Shown: piece by piece, positions 36,384 through 45,049 of the stretch
Numbering within the stretch: the first letter of the stretch is position 1
Layout: every line of letters begins with the position of its first letter
Origin: Armatimonadota bacterium
GTDB taxonomy: Bacteria > Armatimonadota > Zipacnadia > Zipacnadales > UBA5352
Assembly: GCA_049975765.1 (NCBI GenBank)
Contig: JBNGDZ010000003.1
Span: forward strand, 6,269 to 52,084
Direction of reading: 5' to 3'
DNA length: 45,816 bases
Translations under genes and position numbers: made by a program
Notes under the pieces: model-generated
The model's database searches: none
What the model saw: the letters and a program-made list of their open reading frames with translations, nothing else
Told to the model about the DNA's origin: nothing

Positions 36384-36581
36384 AACGTGGCGGAGGCGGC
36401 CTACCTCGGCGATCGGATCGTGGTATTCTCGCAACGGCCCGGACGGGTGCTGGACGACATCCCCGCCGAGCTGCCGCGGCCCCGCTCGCGCCTCTCCGAC
36501 GGCGTCCGCTCCCTGGAGATGCGCCTGCTCCGGGAGCTGCCCGAGGTCCAAGACGTCAGTCCGGCGGCCGACTCCGCCTGA
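36384..36581 (+). pseudogene. 3' fragment (last ~65 codons) of the ABC ATPase gene, created by the tandem duplication
   Basis: Track ORF 36387..36581 (MAEAAYLGDRIVVFSQRPGRVLDDIPAELPRPRSRLSDGVRSLEMRLLRELPEVQDVSPAADSA) is identical to the C-terminus of 33376..34158. It lacks all nucleotide-binding motifs. Confidence 0.85.
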
Positions 36582-36602
36582 TATGATGCGAGGAGGTGCA
36601 GC

Positions 36603-37619
36603 ATGAGGCACGCACGACGTCTTCTGGTAGTGACGGTGGCGGTGAGCGCGGTGCTGACAGGCTGCGCGCGGAGGGAGCAGGCTCCTCCAGCGCCGGTCCA
36701 GATGCCGGAGCCAGTCGAGGAGGCGCGACGGCCGGTAACCGCGCGCTTCACCTACAGCGAGAAGACCTGCTACGCCCCGGTGATCGTCGCGGTCGAGAGG
36801 GGCCTTTACGCCGAGGAGGGGCTGAAGATCGAGAAGCAGGTGGTTACCGGCGGCATCGAGTCCGCGGAGGCCATCACCACCGGCCAGGCCGATCTGGCGG
36901 CGCTGGGCGACGCGCCGGCGGTCATCTGTATGTCTCGCTCACCGAAGGTCAAGCTGCTGGCGCCGCTTGGCGACGGCGAGCGCATGCATCGCATCGTGGT
37001 CCGCTCGGACGCGGGGATCGACGAGCCCGCCGACCTGGCCGGCAGGCGCCTCGCCGTCCAGCACGGCTCCAGCACCCATGGCGCCCTGCTGCTGTATCTG
37101 AAGAAGCACAACGTGGACCCGGCCTCCGTCACCTTCGTCTCCCTCTCGCCGCGCGACTTCCCGGAGGCCATGTCGTCGGGGCAGATCGACGCCGCCGCCG
37201 GCAGCGCTCCCTGGCCTCAGAACGTCCTGGCAACTTGTGACAATGCCGAGCTGTTCGCGAATCTGGAGGGCCTGGGCAACACCTACCCGGTGGTGATTCT
37301 CGTGCGCGGGGAGTTCGGCAGCGAGCACCCGGAGGCGGCGCGGGCCGTCGTGCGGGCGACCCAGGCCGCGGCCGACTGGATCGACGACCACCCGCAGGAG
37401 ACCGCGGAGCTGCTCTCGCGCCGATCCGGCGTCGAGCCCGACCGAGAGCGCGAGATGCTCAACGACTACCGCTTCGGCACCGATCTGACCCGGTCGGTCA
37501 TCGACAGCCTGGAGATGACAGCCCACTTCCTCAAGGACCAGGGCCGCATCGACGAGGTACCGGACATCGAGGCCCAGCTCGCGCTGCCCGAGTTGCTGAC
37601 TGAGGAGGAGCCTTCATGA
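36603..37619 (+). CDS. ABC transporter substrate-binding lipoprotein (NMT1/SsuA/TauA-like), copy 2
   Basis: 338-aa translation identical to 34180..35196. Confidence 0.8.
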   Translation: MRHARRLLVVTVAVSAVLTGCARREQAPPAPVQMPEPVEEARRPVTARFTYSEKTCYAPVIVAVERGLYAEEGLKIEKQVVTGGIESAEAITTGQADLAALGDAPAVICMSRSPKVKLLAPLGDGERMHRIVVRSDAGIDEPADLAGRRLAVQHGSSTHGALLLYLKKHNVDPASVTFVSLSPRDFPEAMSSGQIDAAAGSAPWPQNVLATCDNAELFANLEGLGNTYPVVILVRGEFGSEHPEAARAVVRATQAAADWIDDHPQETAELLSRRSGVEPDREREMLNDYRFGTDLTRSVIDSLEMTAHFLKDQGRIDEVPDIEAQLALPELLTEEEPS

Positions 37620-38779
37620 CACTCAAGCTCGCGCGCCGCATCGTGCTATCCGCTGTGACGGTCGCCTCACTCGTTGCGCTAAACATGTTCTTGCCCCCCT
37701 CTGTGGAGGGCCAGTGCCCCAGACCCGGGAGCTACTGGAAGTGCCCCGTCACCGAGCGCCCCGGCGAGCCAAGGCCGGGCGGCCTGACCGCTCGCGTGCA
37801 GGCGCGGTATTCCCACACGCAGAGCGACCCCGACCAGCCGACCTGGCTGGTGCGCGACGACCGAGCCGGCCGTGACGACTACAACACCAGGCGCCTCCGC
37901 CTCGCGTGGTCGCACCAGCCCTCCGAAGACCTGCTCGTCTTCGGCCAGATCCGCCGCGACTGGGGGGCCGACGAGTTCGAATGGCATGACCTCTACGCCA
38001 CCTGGTCGGGGCTCGACTGGGGCAACCTCACCGTCGGTCAGATGATGGCGCCCTTCGACCGCCAGTTCATGACCAGCGACGTCAGGCTGCCCCTCGCGGA
38101 GCGGCCATCGTCCAGCATCCTGCTGGTTCCGGGCCGAGACATCGGCGCGCTGCTGCATGGCACGAGCAGGGATGGCTGCCTGGGCTGGTACGCCGGCCTC
38201 TACCTGGGTAACGGTAAGAACGAGCTCGACGCGACGGGCGCGCCGATGCCGGCGGCCCGAGTGGAATGGCTCGTCAGCGAGAACCTCAACCTAGGGGCGA
38301 ACTGGGCACTGAACAACGGTGCCAGGACAAGCAAGTTCCGCAAATTCATCTCGGCGAACGGCGACCCCCTCGGCCTGGCGGAGCTCTACCGGGATCGGCA
38401 AGTGGACGAGGAGGCGTGGGGGCTGGATGCCATCTGGCGCGAGGGCCCGACCTCAGTCTGGGCCGGCTACAATGAGAAGAGCATCAGCGCCTCCGGCCGC
38501 CAGGGTGTCACCGCCAGCGGCTGCTACGCCCAGCTCAGCCGGTTCGTCCCGTGCAGCGGCGCTGAGGACAAGCTCGAGCTCGTGGGGGCGTGGGAGGAGT
38601 TCGATCCAGGCGCCGCGGCGCCGCCCAATCTGGAGGCCCGGTGGCTGACCCTGGGCGCGAACTACCACATCGAGGGCTGCGTGCGGCAGGTTCGGCTGCA
38701 ATACATCCATCGCGACGAGGCCGCCGGGGACGTGAGCAACGACACCTTGCTGGTGCAGTACGAGCACGTGTTCAAGTAG
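37616..38779 (+). CDS. OprO/OprP-like porin, copy 2
   Basis: 387-aa translation identical to 35193..36356. Confidence 0.7.
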   Translation: MTLKLARRIVLSAVTVASLVALNMFLPPSVEGQCPRPGSYWKCPVTERPGEPRPGGLTARVQARYSHTQSDPDQPTWLVRDDRAGRDDYNTRRLRLAWSHQPSEDLLVFGQIRRDWGADEFEWHDLYATWSGLDWGNLTVGQMMAPFDRQFMTSDVRLPLAERPSSSILLVPGRDIGALLHGTSRDGCLGWYAGLYLGNGKNELDATGAPMPAARVEWLVSENLNLGANWALNNGARTSKFRKFISANGDPLGLAELYRDRQVDEEAWGLDAIWREGPTSVWAGYNEKSISASGRQGVTASGCYAQLSRFVPCSGAEDKLELVGAWEEFDPGAAAPPNLEARWLTLGANYHIEGCVRQVRLQYIHRDEAAGDVSNDTLLVQYEHVFK

Positions 38780-38796
38780 TGAGGGGCAAGAGGAGC

Positions 38797-39843
38797 ATGA
38801 TGCAGGGCAGAGAGCGCATGCTGACGGCGCTACGAGGGGAGAGGCCGGATCGGGTGCCCATCTTCCTGCGCGACCTGACCCTCGGCCTGGACCTGTGTGA
38901 CTTCAGCACCCCTCAGGTCAGCGCCGGCTATGACGCGGACAGAGCCGCCGAGGCCGTGCTCACCAGCCGGAGGCGCTTCCATCAGGACGCGGTTGTCGGC
39001 TGCATCCACGACCTGGGGTTGGACGTCGAGCCGTTGGGCGGGCGCGTGGAGTTCCCGGAGCGCGGCATCCCGTTCATACGCGAGCATCCGCTCGCCGAGG
39101 ACGAGGCGGCGGCTGCGGCGGAGCCCTTCGACCCCGCTGAGGCCGGCCGGTGGCCGCAGGTGGAGAAGGCCTACCGGCTGGTGCGGCAGCGGCTCGGTGA
39201 CAGCGCGGCGGTGGCCGCCAACGTCGAGGGGCCGGTCACGCGGGCGGGGCTGCTGCGGGGCCTGGAGCGTCTGGCCATGGACCTGGCGACCGACCGCGGC
39301 ATGGCGCAGCGGCTCGTGGAGCTTTCGACGGAGATCGCCGTCAGGCACGTCCCCAGGCTGCTGGAGGCCGGCGCGGACTTCATCTTCATCGCCGCCGCCT
39401 CCGACGGCCCCGCCGTAATCTCGCCCCGTGACTACCTGGAGCTGACCATCCCCGGCCTGCGGCGGATTGTCCGGGCCGCGGGCGACGCGCCGGTGGTCTT
39501 TCATCCGCACGGGCGCTTCACCGACCCGCGCTTCCAGAAGCTGGTTGACGCGGCCATCGACTGCGGAATCGCCGGCTTCCAGTTCGGGGAGCACTGCGAC
39601 CTGGCGGTGGCCAGAGAGCGGTGGGGCGACCGCATCTGCATCCTGGGCGGCCCCGACATCCCGGAGGTGCTGCTGCCCGGGCCGCCCGAGCGCGTCCGAG
39701 AGGTGACCAGGGAGTGTCTCCAGCAGGCGATGGGCGATGGCGGCTACGTTCTCATGGCCTCCTGCTCCCTGCACCGCGGCGCTCCCCTGGAGCACCTGGA
39801 CGCCATGGTGCAGACGGTGCTCGATGAGGGCGGGTACGGGTAG
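38797..39843 (+). CDS. Uroporphyrinogen decarboxylase (URO-D) family protein (MtaA/CmuA-like methyltransferase/decarboxylase fold)
   Basis: Track ORF 38590..39843 trimmed to ATGATG at 38797/38800, which has AAGAGGAG upstream. N-terminus MMQGRERMLTALRGERPDRVPIF is the typical URO-D family opening. Also contains AAVAANVEGPVTRAGLLRG, AGADFIFIAAASDGPAVISPRDY and ILGGPDIPEVLLPG. Confidence 0.75.
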   Translation: MMQGRERMLTALRGERPDRVPIFLRDLTLGLDLCDFSTPQVSAGYDADRAAEAVLTSRRRFHQDAVVGCIHDLGLDVEPLGGRVEFPERGIPFIREHPLAEDEAAAAAEPFDPAEAGRWPQVEKAYRLVRQRLGDSAAVAANVEGPVTRAGLLRGLERLAMDLATDRGMAQRLVELSTEIAVRHVPRLLEAGADFIFIAAASDGPAVISPRDYLELTIPGLRRIVRAAGDAPVVFHPHGRFTDPRFQKLVDAAIDCGIAGFQFGEHCDLAVARERWGDRICILGGPDIPEVLLPGPPERVREVTRECLQQAMGDGGYVLMASCSLHRGAPLEHLDAMVQTVLDEGGYG

Positions 39844-39879
39844 CTGGCGGCGGTCAGCGAGAGGCGACTGCTATCGCAT

Positions 39880-39911
39880 CTCGGCTGCACCCAACCGCGC
39901 GGGCAGCCGAG
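39880..39911 (+). terminator. GC-rich hairpin downstream of the ABC/porin/URO-D operon (possible terminator; no U-tract)
   Basis: Perfect 9-bp inverted repeat: CTCGGCTGC (39880-39888) and GCAGCCGAG (39903-39911), with a 14-nt loop, 37 nt after the stop at 39843. It is followed by CTTCGGG rather than a T-run. Confidence 0.3.
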
Positions 39912-40045
39912 CTTCGGGACTGGTGAGGCTGACGGCAGGCTCGGGCGGCTTCTGCCTCTGCTTATCCACTTTCCCCTGAAGATGCAGTACACTATGCGCA
40001 GCCGACGCGTCCGCCAATTCCTGTTGCCATCGTTCCGCAAGGCCG

Positions 40046-42499
40046 GTGATCGTTGTGAGCTCGCTCCGACGTGGGACGCGCGCGCTTGTGCACGCTCTGC
40101 CGATGGCCGCAGTGGTGGCGCTCGCGGGCGCCGCACCTGCGGTAGCCCAGGATGCGCCCGTGAGTCGGCCCGCGCTCGTTTTCGACTTCGAGACGCAGGA
40201 GCAGATGCGGCACTGGCAGATGCTCGGCGCCGGGGCGGTCGAGCGCTCCGATGAGCGCGCCTTCTCCGGGCGCTGGTCCGCGAGGATCCAGCTCGATCCT
40301 TGGAAGGAGGGCGAGCCGTCGGGCCCGGACACGCCGGAGCTTGGCGACCTCTCGAAGTGGTCCTTCGCGCAGCTCTCCTATCCGGCGCCCTTCGACAACT
40401 GGACGTTCTGGGGGGCATGGCGCGCGCGGATGTACGCCGTGGGTGAGTCTCGCTGTTACCACGAGATCCTCGACGAGAGCGGCGCCAAGTGGTGGCGACC
40501 GATCCGGCTGGAGAGGGACAGGTGGGTGACGGTTGAGATCCCGCTTACCGGTGGGATCGACTTCGCGAACGTCGCCAGGCAGTGGTTCTACCGCGCCGAG
40601 GGGGAGCCGGCGTCAACGATCTTCATCGATGACATCGAGCTCGTCAGGCCTGGGCCCGGGTGGCTGGAGGGCGTGCAGGAGCGGCTTCCCGAGACGCCGG
40701 AGGGGAGCGCGGCCCACGAGGCCGCCGCGGAGAGCATCGCACGAGTGCGGGAGCTGGCGGACGCGGCGCGTGAGGGCTACGCGGACGAAACGCTGACGGT
40801 CGCTGAGGCCACGCGCATCTCCGAGGAGATGCAGAGGCAGGCGCGGGCCGCTCACGCCCGCGCACGCCATGCCGAGGCGCAGGGGATGCTCGGGCTTGCG
40901 CGAGTCCTGCAGCCGGATGCCCGCTTCGGCGTGGGCCTCCTGAGCTCCATGGTGCGCCCCTGCGTTCGCGACAGGTGCTTCGGCGTCGATCTGCGGCGGG
41001 GATGGCACATGCGGCTGGCGCGTGGTGAGCGGGAGAGCTTTCAGGTCATCGTCGTGCGGCCCGACGCGAGGCTGAGGGGCGTGGCGGTGCGGCTGGGAGA
41101 GCTGCGGGCCGACGACGGAGAGGTGCTGCCGGGCGATGCGTCAGGCGTGCGGACCGTCGGATCGTTCCTGCTGGGGCGGCCGGGCTACTATCAGGCGACC
41201 TACGAGGGCTGGCATGCGGATGTGCTGCTGCCCCACGACGAGCCGCTCACTGTGCCCGCCGGGGACTTCCAGGGCTTCTGGGTCACCGTCCACGCGCCCC
41301 GCGACCAGCGCCCCGGCGTCTACCGCGGCGCGGTCACGGTCTCGGCCCGCAACGCGCCGCCCGTGGAGCTGCCGCTGACCGTCACGGTGCGCGAGTTCGA
41401 CCTCCCGCGCCGACCGAGCATGCAGACGGCGCTGAGCTTCAACGACGGCGCCGTGGACGCGGTCTACGGCGGCCATGACCTCCAGCGCATCCGGCGCTTC
41501 CATCGCTTCCTGCTCGACTACTGGATCGAGCCCACCGACATCTACCGCAAGACCCCGCCGGACCTCGATTACATGGAGATGCTGGGCGAGCAGTACTGGC
41601 CGACCCGGTTCAACATCATGCAGATCAGCCGGTGGCCGCTGACCCTCAGCCCCGAGGAGCGCAAGCCCCACGTGGACTTCCTGCTCGACTCGGTCCGTCG
41701 GGTGGTGCCGGAGCTGCGCGAGCGAGGCCTGATGGAGCGTGCCTACATCTACGGCTACGACGAGGCCCGAGTGTGCGACGAGATGCTGGAGGTGCTCAAG
41801 CCGCTGCAGGAGGAGTTCCCCGACCTGGAGATCATCACCACCGCGCACGATCCATCCTACGGCGCAGACACGATCCTCGGAGACTACGTCGACAGCTTCG
41901 TTCCGGCGCAGATGCGATACGACCATCGCGCGGCCGAGGCGGCGCGGGCGCGGGGCCACGATGTCTGGTGGTACTTCTACGTCGGCCAGCAGCATCCGTT
42001 CATCAACTGGTTCCTGCAGTATCCGCTCATCGAGGTGCGAGTGCTCTTCGGGCCGATGGCGGCGAAGTACCGCCCGGATGGGATCCTCTACTGGACGATC
42101 AACGCGTGGACCTCTGGCGGGATCGAGGAGCCGCTTTCAGGCGGGCCGCTGTTCCCGCAGATCGCCCCCGGCTTCAAGGGCGATCACGGAGAGGGCATCC
42201 TGCTGTACCCGGGAGCCGATGGTCCGCTGGCGAGCATGCGGCTGGAGAACGTACGCGACGGGCTGGAGGACTATGAGTACTATCTGCTGCTGGAGCGACT
42301 GGTCTCGGAGGCGGAGGCAACTCCGACCGACCGGCTGACGCACGCGAGGATTGAGGCGGCGGAGGCCCTGCTGGCGGTCAATAGCCGGGTCGTGCGGGAT
42401 CTGGACGAGTTCACGCGCGATCCCGGACTGCTGCGGCGAGAGCGCGAGCGAGTGGCGGACGCCATCGAGCAGCTCACACGGATCGCCGGGCAAACGTGA
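40046..42499 (+). CDS. DUF4091-domain protein (GH123-like putative glycoside hydrolase), secreted
   Basis: Signal-like N-terminus ALPMAAVVALAGAAPAVAQ. Beta-sandwich region: GERESFQVIVVRPDARLRGVAVRLGEL...FQGFWVTVHAPRDQRPGVYRGAVTV...LPLTVTVREFDLP. C-terminus GEGILLYPGADGPLASMRLENVRDGLEDYEYYLLLE is typical of DUF4091. The start is ambiguous (GTG 40046, GTG 40055 or ATG 40103). Confidence 0.75.
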   Translation: MIVVSSLRRGTRALVHALPMAAVVALAGAAPAVAQDAPVSRPALVFDFETQEQMRHWQMLGAGAVERSDERAFSGRWSARIQLDPWKEGEPSGPDTPELGDLSKWSFAQLSYPAPFDNWTFWGAWRARMYAVGESRCYHEILDESGAKWWRPIRLERDRWVTVEIPLTGGIDFANVARQWFYRAEGEPASTIFIDDIELVRPGPGWLEGVQERLPETPEGSAAHEAAAESIARVRELADAAREGYADETLTVAEATRISEEMQRQARAAHARARHAEAQGMLGLARVLQPDARFGVGLLSSMVRPCVRDRCFGVDLRRGWHMRLARGERESFQVIVVRPDARLRGVAVRLGELRADDGEVLPGDASGVRTVGSFLLGRPGYYQATYEGWHADVLLPHDEPLTVPAGDFQGFWVTVHAPRDQRPGVYRGAVTVSARNAPPVELPLTVTVREFDLPRRPSMQTALSFNDGAVDAVYGGHDLQRIRRFHRFLLDYWIEPTDIYRKTPPDLDYMEMLGEQYWPTRFNIMQISRWPLTLSPEERKPHVDFLLDSVRRVVPELRERGLMERAYIYGYDEARVCDEMLEVLKPLQEEFPDLEIITTAHDPSYGADTILGDYVDSFVPAQMRYDHRAAEAARARGHDVWWYFYVGQQHPFINWFLQYPLIEVRVLFGPMAAKYRPDGILYWTINAWTSGGIEEPLSGGPLFPQIAPGFKGDHGEGILLYPGADGPLASMRLENVRDGLEDYEYYLLLERLVSEAEATPTDRLTHARIEAAEALLAVNSRVVRDLDEFTRDPGLLRRERERVADAIEQLTRIAGQT

Positions 42500-42725
42500 C
42501 ACAGACGTGTGGCCTCGAGTTGTGGGGCGTGTGAGAGCCGTCGCAACCGATGCAGATGGTGGGGCCCGCGGGTGCCCCGCTCGCGCCTTCAACGCACACT
42601 CGGAGTTCGCATCCGGCACGCCGCGCTGGGAGCTCTCACGACCGGACGAATCCCGCCGGAAGGTCGCGCGGGTGTGGCTCGGGAAGCATGGCGGCGAGCC
42701 AACACCGCGAGGGAGAGCGATCGCC

Positions 42726-43721
42726 ATGACGGTCGTGCATCGAGGAACCATCGCAGTCGTCGCCGCGGCGTGCCTCAGTGGGTCGCTTGCGGCTGACGGG
42801 GCGGGCGACCGGGAGCAGGAGGAGCTGCTGGGCTGGGTGCGTGAGCTGCAGTATCAGGCCCGCAACGACGATGCGCTGCGACTGTGCGAGGCGCTCCTGG
42901 AGGCCGATCCCCGCTGCGCCGAGGCGCGCGTGCGGCGTGGCATCATCCTACTCGGCAGGGGCCAGTACGAGGCCGCCCGCGACGAGTTCTCACGGGCGCT
43001 GGAGCTGCAGCCGGGGACTGCCATGGCCCTCGTCGGTCGAGGATACGCGCTGTCGGGCCTGGACGAGCAGCAGGCAGGCCGGCGCGATGCCCGCAGGGCC
43101 ATTCGCGTCTGCAGTCGGAGCATCGAGCGGGATGCCGGCGACGCCAACGCGCACTTCCAGCGTGGGTTGGCGAGGCTACTGGTGGAGGAGACGGCCCGAG
43201 CCTTACAGGACTTCATCACCGCCACGAGGCTGGACGAGACGCTGGTGGAAGCGTACACCGAACGGGCTCGGATCGAGCGCGCCCAGGGGCGAGTCGCGGA
43301 CGCGGTCCGGACGCTCACCACCGCGGTGACCATCCGTCCCAACTACGCGGTGGGCCACCTGGCGCTGGCCCGCGTGCGTTTCGAGAGTAGGTCTTACACC
43401 GCTGCCCTGGCTGACTGTGATCGGGCGCTGCAGATCAACCCCCTCTACGCCCAGGCCTGGCACAACCGGGGACTGGTGGACCTGCAGATCCGCGACTTCG
43501 AGCAGGCCGTCAGGGACCTCACACGCGCCGTCGAGCTGGATCCGGACTACGCCAGCGCGCACTACTACCGCGGCGAGGCCTACCTCGCCGCCGGGGACCA
43601 GGCGGCCGCACGGGCCGAATGGGAGATCGCCAGGGAGCTCGACCCGGACGGCTGGGCGGGCAAGACCGCCGCGGAGATGCTGAGCAAGCTCGAGTCCGCC
43701 GGTCGGCAGCCTCAGTCGTAG
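42726..43721 (+). CDS. Tetratricopeptide (TPR) repeat protein with N-terminal signal/anchor
   Basis: Track ORF 42351..43721 trimmed to ATG 42726 (MTVVHRGTIAVVAAACLSGSLAA; GAGGGAGAG upstream). At least 6 TPR-like 34-aa units: A..RRGIILLGRGQYEAARDEFSRALELQP, AHFQRGLA..., AWHNRGLVDLQIRDFEQAVRDLTRAVELDP, AHYYRGEAYLAAGDQAAARAEWEIARELDP. Confidence 0.8.
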   Translation: MTVVHRGTIAVVAAACLSGSLAADGAGDREQEELLGWVRELQYQARNDDALRLCEALLEADPRCAEARVRRGIILLGRGQYEAARDEFSRALELQPGTAMALVGRGYALSGLDEQQAGRRDARRAIRVCSRSIERDAGDANAHFQRGLARLLVEETARALQDFITATRLDETLVEAYTERARIERAQGRVADAVRTLTTAVTIRPNYAVGHLALARVRFESRSYTAALADCDRALQINPLYAQAWHNRGLVDLQIRDFEQAVRDLTRAVELDPDYASAHYYRGEAYLAAGDQAAARAEWEIARELDPDGWAGKTAAEMLSKLESAGRQPQS

Positions 43722-45046
43722 CTCGGCATGAAGGCCGTGACCCGCATGGCCTCCTCGATGGCAACCTGGCCGGCGAGGACCTTGCGGGCCGCGTCATGGC
43801 GCATCGGATCGCGCTTGCCGGCAGCCACGCGCTCGACCTCCCTGAGGTCCGCGTCCCCGCCGATCATCTGCCGGAGCTCGTCGTCGATCACGAGCAGCTC
43901 ATGGATCGACATGCGACCCCGATAGCCGGTGCCGCGGCAGGCCTCGCAGCCGGCCCCGCGCGTCAGGCGGTCGGGCGGGTCCTCGACGCCGGCGCTCTTC
44001 AGCCACTGCCTCTCGGACTCCGTCAGCGCGTGCTCCACGGCGCAGTGCGGGCAGAGCCTGCGCACCAGGCGCTGGGCGAGCACGCCCAGGAGTGTCTCCG
44101 CGATGAGGAAGCGCTCCAGGCCGACGTCAGCCATGCGGCGGATCGCGCGGATGGCATCGTCCGTGTGCATCGTGCTCAGGAGCAGGTGGCCGGTGATCGC
44201 CGCCGTCACGCAGAGCATCAGGGTCTCCAGGGTCCGGATCTCCGCGCACAGGATGATGTCCGGGTCCTGGCGCAGCACATGGCGCATGGCGGCGGCCGGG
44301 TCCAGCCCGGCCTTCCGGTTGACCGGGACCTGCGTCACTCCGTCGATCTGAAACTCCACCGGGTCTTCGATGGTGGAGATGGCGATCTCCGGGCGGATCA
44401 GAGACTTGATCGCGGCGTAGAGCGTGGTGCTCTTGCCCGCGCCCGTTGGGCCGGCCACCACGAGCATCCCGTTGGGGCGATGGAGCAGGTCATCGAGGGT
44501 CGCGCGGATGTCATCACTCATGCCGATGTCGTCGAGGCTGAGCGCCATGAGACTCCTGTCCAGGACCCGCATGACAACAGACTCGCCGACGGCGCTGGGC
44601 ACCGACGAGACGCGCAGATCGTAGTCCCGCTTCTGGTGCGTCACCACGATCCGCCCGTCCTGCGCGGTGTTGCGCTCGGCGGCCGACATCTGCGCCATCA
44701 GCTTGATTCGGGCCACCAGCGCCAGCCCCAACTCCTTCGCCACGGCTCGCCGATCGTGGAGCACCCCATGGATGCGGTGGCGGACGCGGTAATCCTCAGA
44801 GCGTGGCTGGACGTGGATGTCGCTCGCGCCCGCCTCCACGCCCTCCTTGATGATCTCCTTCGCCATCGAGACGATCTGGGGATCGCTGGCCCGGTCCAGC
44901 AGGGCCACCAGGCGGGCCGCGCCCTCCGCCTCGGCCTGGCAGGCAGTGCATCGCGCCAGGTGCGCCTCCACCGCCTCACGCCGTTCGTCGTCAAGCTCGC
45001 CCTTGTGATACGCCACCAGCAGCTCCCGGCATTCCTCGCACTTCAT
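43712..45046 (-). CDS. Fusion protein: zinc-binding anti-sigma (ZAS, zf-HC2) domain + GspE/PilB-type secretion ATPase core
   Basis: N-terminus MKCEECRELLVAYHKGELDDERREAVEAHLARCTACQ gives C3/C6...H29-x3-C33-x2-C36. It is followed by GASDIHVQP, Walker A GPTGAGKST, Asp box STIEDPVE, Walker B DPDIILCAEIR, His box GHLLLSTMHT and tetracysteine CPHC...CEACRGTGYRGR. The start lies 3 nt after the ECF sigma stop. Confidence 0.85.
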   Translation of the reverse strand: MKCEECRELLVAYHKGELDDERREAVEAHLARCTACQAEAEGAARLVALLDRASDPQIVSMAKEIIKEGVEAGASDIHVQPRSEDYRVRHRIHGVLHDRRAVAKELGLALVARIKLMAQMSAAERNTAQDGRIVVTHQKRDYDLRVSSVPSAVGESVVMRVLDRSLMALSLDDIGMSDDIRATLDDLLHRPNGMLVVAGPTGAGKSTTLYAAIKSLIRPEIAISTIEDPVEFQIDGVTQVPVNRKAGLDPAAAMRHVLRQDPDIILCAEIRTLETLMLCVTAAITGHLLLSTMHTDDAIRAIRRMADVGLERFLIAETLLGVLAQRLVRRLCPHCAVEHALTESERQWLKSAGVEDPPDRLTRGAGCEACRGTGYRGRMSIHELLVIDDELRQMIGGDADLREVERVAAGKRDPMRHDAARKVLAGQVAIEEAMRVTAFMPSYD

Positions 45047-45049
45047 GGC

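Larger units (their letters stand above)
36384..38806. repeat. Tandem duplication, unit 2 (2,423 bp)
   Basis: Same as unit 1. Divergence starts exactly at 38807 (g, versus a at 36384), and upstream at 36383 (g, versus c at 33960). Confidence 0.9.

Noticed and set aside
33961-38806. A mobile-element origin for the duplicated segment (composite transposon, IS-mediated amplification, integron cassette).
   Set aside because: There are no transposase, integrase or recombinase ORFs, no terminal inverted repeats, and no target-site-duplication-like repeats at the three junctions. The structure is a simple head-to-tail duplication.
39934-39956. Second weak hairpin (GGCAG...CTGCC, 13-nt loop) followed by a pyrimidine-rich tract after the URO-D gene.
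   Set aside because: The stem is only 5 bp. It is weaker than the 9-bp hairpin at 39880-39911, which is itself low confidence.
43712-45046. Reading the GspE/PilB-like ATPase as evidence for a type II secretion or type IV pilus gene cluster.
   Set aside because: No GspF/PilC, secretin, pilin/pseudopilin or prepilin peptidase genes flank it within the window. The neighbours are an ECF sigma gene and a convergent TPR gene. I therefore treat it as an orphan, sigma-linked ATPase.
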